Assembly: GCA_965644295.1 (NCBI GenBank)
Contig: CBFFRP010000608.1
Span: forward strand, 1-64,000
DNA: 64,000 nt
Source of the DNA: Paraphysomonas bandaiensis
Taxonomy: Eukaryota; Protista; Chrysophyceae
Direction of reading: 5' to 3'
Part shown: positions 13,414-19,400 of the stretch, one piece after another
Layout of the letters: each line of letters opens with the position of its first letter
Numbering within the stretch: the first letter of the stretch is position 1
Translations under genes and position numbers: made by a program
The notes under the pieces: model-generated
What the model was told of the DNA's origin: nothing
The model's database searches: none
The model's input: the letters and a program-made list of their open reading frames with translations, nothing else

Positions 13414-16400
13414 CCTAATACGTTTTATATTCCTTTGAATTCTAATTGTCCGAGTTTAGTTCCATCTTCGTTTTTTAGTGGTGTTGATATGGATCATATT
13501 GTTAATGATTTTGATTTTAAATCTTTTGCAGATGCTGTTTTTTTTAAGTCCAGTGCGAGCAGTATTCGTGAGTTTGAAATTATGATTGAGAGATGGTCGG
13601 ATTTTTTATCGGAATACTTCCTTGATTCGCCCTTTGTTTACAGGACTTATGATATCGTAGTGCAGAGATTTATCATTTCAGAAGGTGATCAGGTTATATA
13701 TGGTGCACGGTACTCGTGTGAGGATTTCATACATTCTAATGAAATCATGTCGTCACTCTTGAATGCATCCGCGACACCTTTGACAGTGATGTGTGGAGGT
13801 TACCTGTGGAGAGTGACTAATGGCAAGCTCTGTCTGAATTGTACTTCATCCTTACTTTCGTGTTCTAATAATATTCCGACTAGCAGAAATGCTGTGATTC
13901 CGCCTTTATCCGAATGCAGTGGAACTAGTTCAATAAAGTATGGAATTGTAATGCGCATACGGTCCAAGCTCATATTGTCGGAATTAGTTCCATCCATTGC
14001 ATTTTTAGGCCACGATGCGACAAATTATAGCATTTCAGTATACGCTAATGTCAGTACGACAGGCTATGGTAGTAGTATCTATTGTATGGCTATCGAATCA
14101 AACGAAATCCCTGTTTCGGTTGCCGAACTTAAATCTAAAGGTTTCGTATACACAACACCACGTGGAAGTAATTACGAAGTAGGCTACAGTGAAATCACAA
14201 TAGAATTGACTGATGTAGATGCTGCATCCGTGTACGATGTGTACTGCTATTCTGAAGATTCATTCGGTTACGGAATGTCATACGAGGATATGTTAGCGAC
14301 TGTACTCTACGATATTAAAACACCTTGTTGTGTCGAAGTCAGCCTCATCAATATTCCATCTGTGGTGCTTGGAAATCCGAGTGATTACTCTTCCAACACC
14401 GATTTCAGGTTTATATTTTCAATTGGTTCTAGAGTCACTGGTACATCCACTGTGAATGTTGTTCCTATTCTGGTTAAAGCAGAGGAGTTGAACGATACGC
14501 GAGGATCTTTGAGTTCATCAAATGCAAATACTCAGGAGACTGCCCCTGGCAATGTGTATGTCAGCCCACCGAATATTACATTTTCGTCGTCGTCAATATC
14601 AACTGAAGGCTCTTTTATCATTACAGCGACTGGAGGTGCAGCTGGTACTTATTATCTATCACTAAATATTCAAGAAAGCGGCTCTAGTCGTTTCAAAACG
14701 TCCTCAAGTCTCAGTGTAATAGAAATACGAAGTACTGTTCCTGTTCCTGCTCCTCCGCAGCTCAAGTCTTGCGTTTTTTTGAGCAGTGGGAAGGGAGCCG
14801 TAGTTTATTTTTCCGACCCTGTGGACCTTGACAAAGCCTCCTCTCGTGCCGGATCTGACAAATGGATATGTAGTGTGTTTTTCACCTTTCCTTCTTCTAA
14901 TAGCACTCAATGTATTTTTTCGAATGATTCTTCTGTTCTTATCACTTTTTCATCGATGACCACCGCTGTACCGACGGATACTATCAGCCTTATTGGCGGT
15001 GTCATTTATGCAACTTGTTTGGATAAGATAAATTGTGACTACTATGAACCAGCAGGGATGTCTACGGTTATTATGCAAGCACCAGCGCAACCTGTCAAGC
15101 CATCTCCAAGTTTGTCCTTGCCGTCATCTATCGGATCTTGCGACGACCTTGTGGTTGACGCCACGCTGTCCACTGGGCACCTTGGCCGGGAATGGAGAAA
15201 ATTGCACTGGAGAATATCAGCATCTCGTGAGTCGGATTTATCCGACATCTTATCAACTCTGCAGTTATATCAAAGAACATCTGTTCCCATCATTATTTCA
15301 TCGGAAATGCTTCTCACTGCTGCCCTCAGCAAATCAACTGTTTACGAGAAAATCGTTTTCTCGCTTAGTTTAGGACTAGAAAACTATCTACAGCAACTTC
15401 CTCCTGAAAGTGTGATGTATATTTCAAAGAATGTTACATTCGATATGTCGTTGTATGCCCCGACTGCTAGAATAGTTGGCGCAGATTATCGCACTGTTTC
15501 ATCGAAGTCATCGTTTTCATTGATGGTGAATGGGTCGTCATCAACATGTACAGAGGCATCTGCGCCTACGTATTCGTGGAAAGTTTACAGTTCTAGTGGA
15601 GTATTAATGCGTGCAGTCAAGCTCATTTCAAAAAACCCCAAGATAATTACAGTAGGTGCTTTTTCGCTACCTTCTGGGCACGAGTACCACTTTTATGCCA
15701 CCGTCTCTAATTCTGCTGGATCGTCTTTCGCCAGTGCAATCGTCTATGTTAAACCTGGAAGTGTTATTGCAACGATATCTGGTGGAGATACACGGTTAGT
15801 GTCTGCACATAAACCCATAGTATTGGACGCATCGGGCAGTATTGACGAAGACGTCAATCCAGTCGGTGGAAGTGCCTCTTCCCTCAGGTTTATGTGGGGA
15901 TGTGTATCTCTGGCGTTTAGCAATTATGGAGTTGCATGTGGGCTCAATCTTACGGCATCATGTCATACTTCAGTGTGCACTATTCCCGATAGTATACTTA
16001 CTCCAGGGGCGAAACTACAGGTATCCGTTAAGGCAACAGCGGCAGATGGACGATATGGTACAGCTGTTGTTGTCATAGAAGTTTCTCCAATAATAAGTTC
16101 GATATCGTCAAGTATAAGCTTTTCAGGTAAACTCAATACCTTCAATGCTCACGATAAACTTTCTATTACTGGTTACATTGATACCAACGTATCAGTGGTT
16201 GCCACGTGGTCTCTCGGCGAAATGTTTGCGTTGTCTCTAGATCACCCCGGACTAGCCCTGACTCCCTTGGAAAGGCTGTTCACATACAAAGCACCTTTTA
16301 GCAATGACCGAATTAATAATGTTCTCAGAGTATCATTTCCATTCAAAGCCGCTGAAAGTTATTTTTCGGAAGAGAAAACATACGTTTTTCGGCTGACTGT

Positions 16401-19400
16401 CCAACAATTGGACGGCAGACGTGCTGCGTTTTCTGAACTCACTCTGCATTCCAATGGACCTCCAACTTCGGGGTCCTTTGTGGTCAGCCCCTCTGAAGGC
16501 TATGCGTACCAAACAGTCTTCGAGTTCGTCTCGTCTGGATGGGTTGACGAAGTCAATGACTATCCTCTGCGCTATACCTACCGTTACAGGTATCGGGCAT
16601 CGTCTGGATCTATATACAATGTGCTAAGATCCAACTCGGAGTCATCATTTCTCTACTCATCTCTGCCAGAAGGCAAGTCAGCCGGGTATCATGTGATAGA
16701 TTGTGTAGCAGTTATAAAAGATATACATGACGCGACGAGCTCAGCAAACGTATCCGTTGTGTCACGTGCAACACCAAATGCCAATGCTGATGAAATCGCT
16801 CAGCATATGGTAGAGTCACTAGAAGGGCTTGTGAGATCTTATGATCCTGACGGAGTAATTAGTGTGGTCAACAGTGTGGGAAACCTAGTTAATTCCGTCA
16901 ACTGTTCTGGGTTTGATTCGCTGTTTTGTTCCTCAGAGTATAATCGGCATGCATGTGATTCCTCGCCGTTTACTTGTGGGAAATGTTTAGTCGGTTACGA
17001 CGGTGCAGTGGGACCAGACAACTCGCTTTGTATATTTCGAGCTGCTACTCTAAGAGCTCTTCCAGGGGAGTATTGTGAAAACACTACATTATGTGTACAT
17101 GGCTACTGTAACTTTACCAGTAATACCTGTCGTACCTTCTCAAAGCGTTGTCAGACTTCTGTAATAGGTATGGAATGTTCCGGTCATGGTGTATGTGAGT
17201 ACAGAAATGGATATGGGGATATTATTTCAGCTGAGGCGTGTACTATTGACAATACTTTTTGCACTGCTGTTTGCCGATGTGGTGGTGGCTATGGGGGAAA
17301 ATCCTGCAATCTCAATTCTACTCAACTTGGCAATCGTAGTGCCCTAAGGAACAAGTTATGTGAGAATCTTCTAAATGCATCTGCACTTCTTGAAAGTTCA
17401 GCAGATACCCTATCTTCTTTAGTCGCCCCTCTGTATCTAAGTTTTCAACCAGACGAAATTGATGCAAATTCAACAGGGTTTTCTACATGTGGTAGCGCGC
17501 TTCTAGTTATAATGGAATTAATTTCTGATGGCTATATAACTGACTTGCCAATTTCGTATGGCATTGCTGCCGCAGAAATTGTTTCTGCTTTTGCCATAAG
17601 TTCTGACATTTCTGGCTTATATGATCACGTCACACACTCTGTTTATGCATTGTCTCTGGGTATAGAAAACACAATGGTCCCTGGTGAGTCTGCCATCAAC
17701 ATATCAACCCCCTCTTTTCGCGTGTCTTATTTGTTTACCTATTCAAGTGACTTAAATGAGGCCATTCTCCAGGTGCCACCCACAGAGGCGGAGTTACAAT
17801 TTAATATTTCACTTCCCAAGTTGATTCTGTCGCCTGGTGGACTCGGAGTGTGTGGCTCTGATTCCGAGTCTGAGTACAACCAGTTTTCTGTGTTGCAGTG
17901 GAGCGCTGAGGGCTCACCTTACTACAATGCCACTGACCTTGCGTCTAATTTATTCCGGTTTACCAGTCGCACAAGTTCCAGCCACCAACAAACTGTCAGC
18001 CCATTGAACTATTCATTTATTACGTACTTCAATGAGCCCCAAAATTTTATTGACTCTGTTCCTGTTTGTGCCTTGTTGAAGGTGGAAGATGACACAAAAA
18101 GTGATAGCCCAGCCTCGTATGATGAATGCAACTGCAATGTTACCTCATATTCCTCTTATAATGTAACCTTCAGCTGTTTCGACGTGTCTCAGTTGTGCGG
18201 TGGTGGTCGCACTCTCAGTGGCTTAATGCTTGACATTAGATCCTTGAGTGATAAGATGGGAAACAGGAAGTTGCAGTCTGGTGATGATGACTCCGACGAT
18301 GACAGCGTAACAATGACCCAGTTTGGTGGGCTCGTAAAGGCCATCGTAGTTGATGATTTCGTTCCTGTTATCACGTCCAGTCACTCTCCAGATGACTACA
18401 AGCAAGCAACTGCTGGAGTTTCATTTGTTGCGGCTTTACTCTGTGCTTTGGGATTTGGGTACGTATACTTTTGCTATTGGGATATACACGACAGGAATGT
18501 GTACAGATATATTCGGCACAGCGAGAAGCGTTACAAACGAAAGAATTCATGGAAGCTACGTAGAGATAATACCAGCGGCATAGAGGGTGCTCTACTTCGA
18601 AACAAGGCCCTAGAGCGACAGCACCACAGCTCGTTTAACAAAAGCCAATTCATACACACACCAAAAGATAATTCTGTTGATGAGCTTGTTGGAAAGTTTC
18701 TAACTGTCGTGATGTCCGCTTCTGGTCTTATTACTCAGAAGAAGAGATTGATTCGCTTTTGGAATGCATTACTGCGCCACCACATTATACTTCGACCGTT
18801 TATGTTTCCTTCTACGTACTGCCCTAGGTCATTGCGGTATCTGAATTTCTACACGGAAATACTTGTTCTGCTTTTTGTAGACAGTCTAATTTACGGTTTT
18901 TTGTTTCCTGATAGGGAGATGTGTAGGCAGTATGACAACACTGGCATGGCGACATGTCAAGCGCAAGAGTCCGCAATGCCTGGACTGGACTCTCAGTGTG
19001 TGTGGGAACCTTCGGACCCGCTTACCAATGGTACCACAGCGGAGTACATTGGTACATGTGAGCCCCGACCGCCCCCTCAGTCACTCATATTTTACATTGT
19101 TGTATCTGTTCTAATAAATTGCATTGCCATTATTCCGAAAGCTCTCAGTTTATCGCTGCTGAATAATGTCTGTGCATGCTGCCCCGACTTCTCTGGATCG
19201 TGGCTACCCGAGTGGGTTATCAATATTTTTGAGTACCCGGAAGAACCGGAACTTCTCGGTACAGTCCGCATGTCCAGCCTTGGTGAAAGCCTAGTAAAAG
19301 TAGGAACCATTCAGAATACACCTAAGGATGGTTTAATCGAGAAGTTATCAGGTTTAGCAGATCTGATTGGCACTTACAGATATTGTGACTTGGCATCGTG

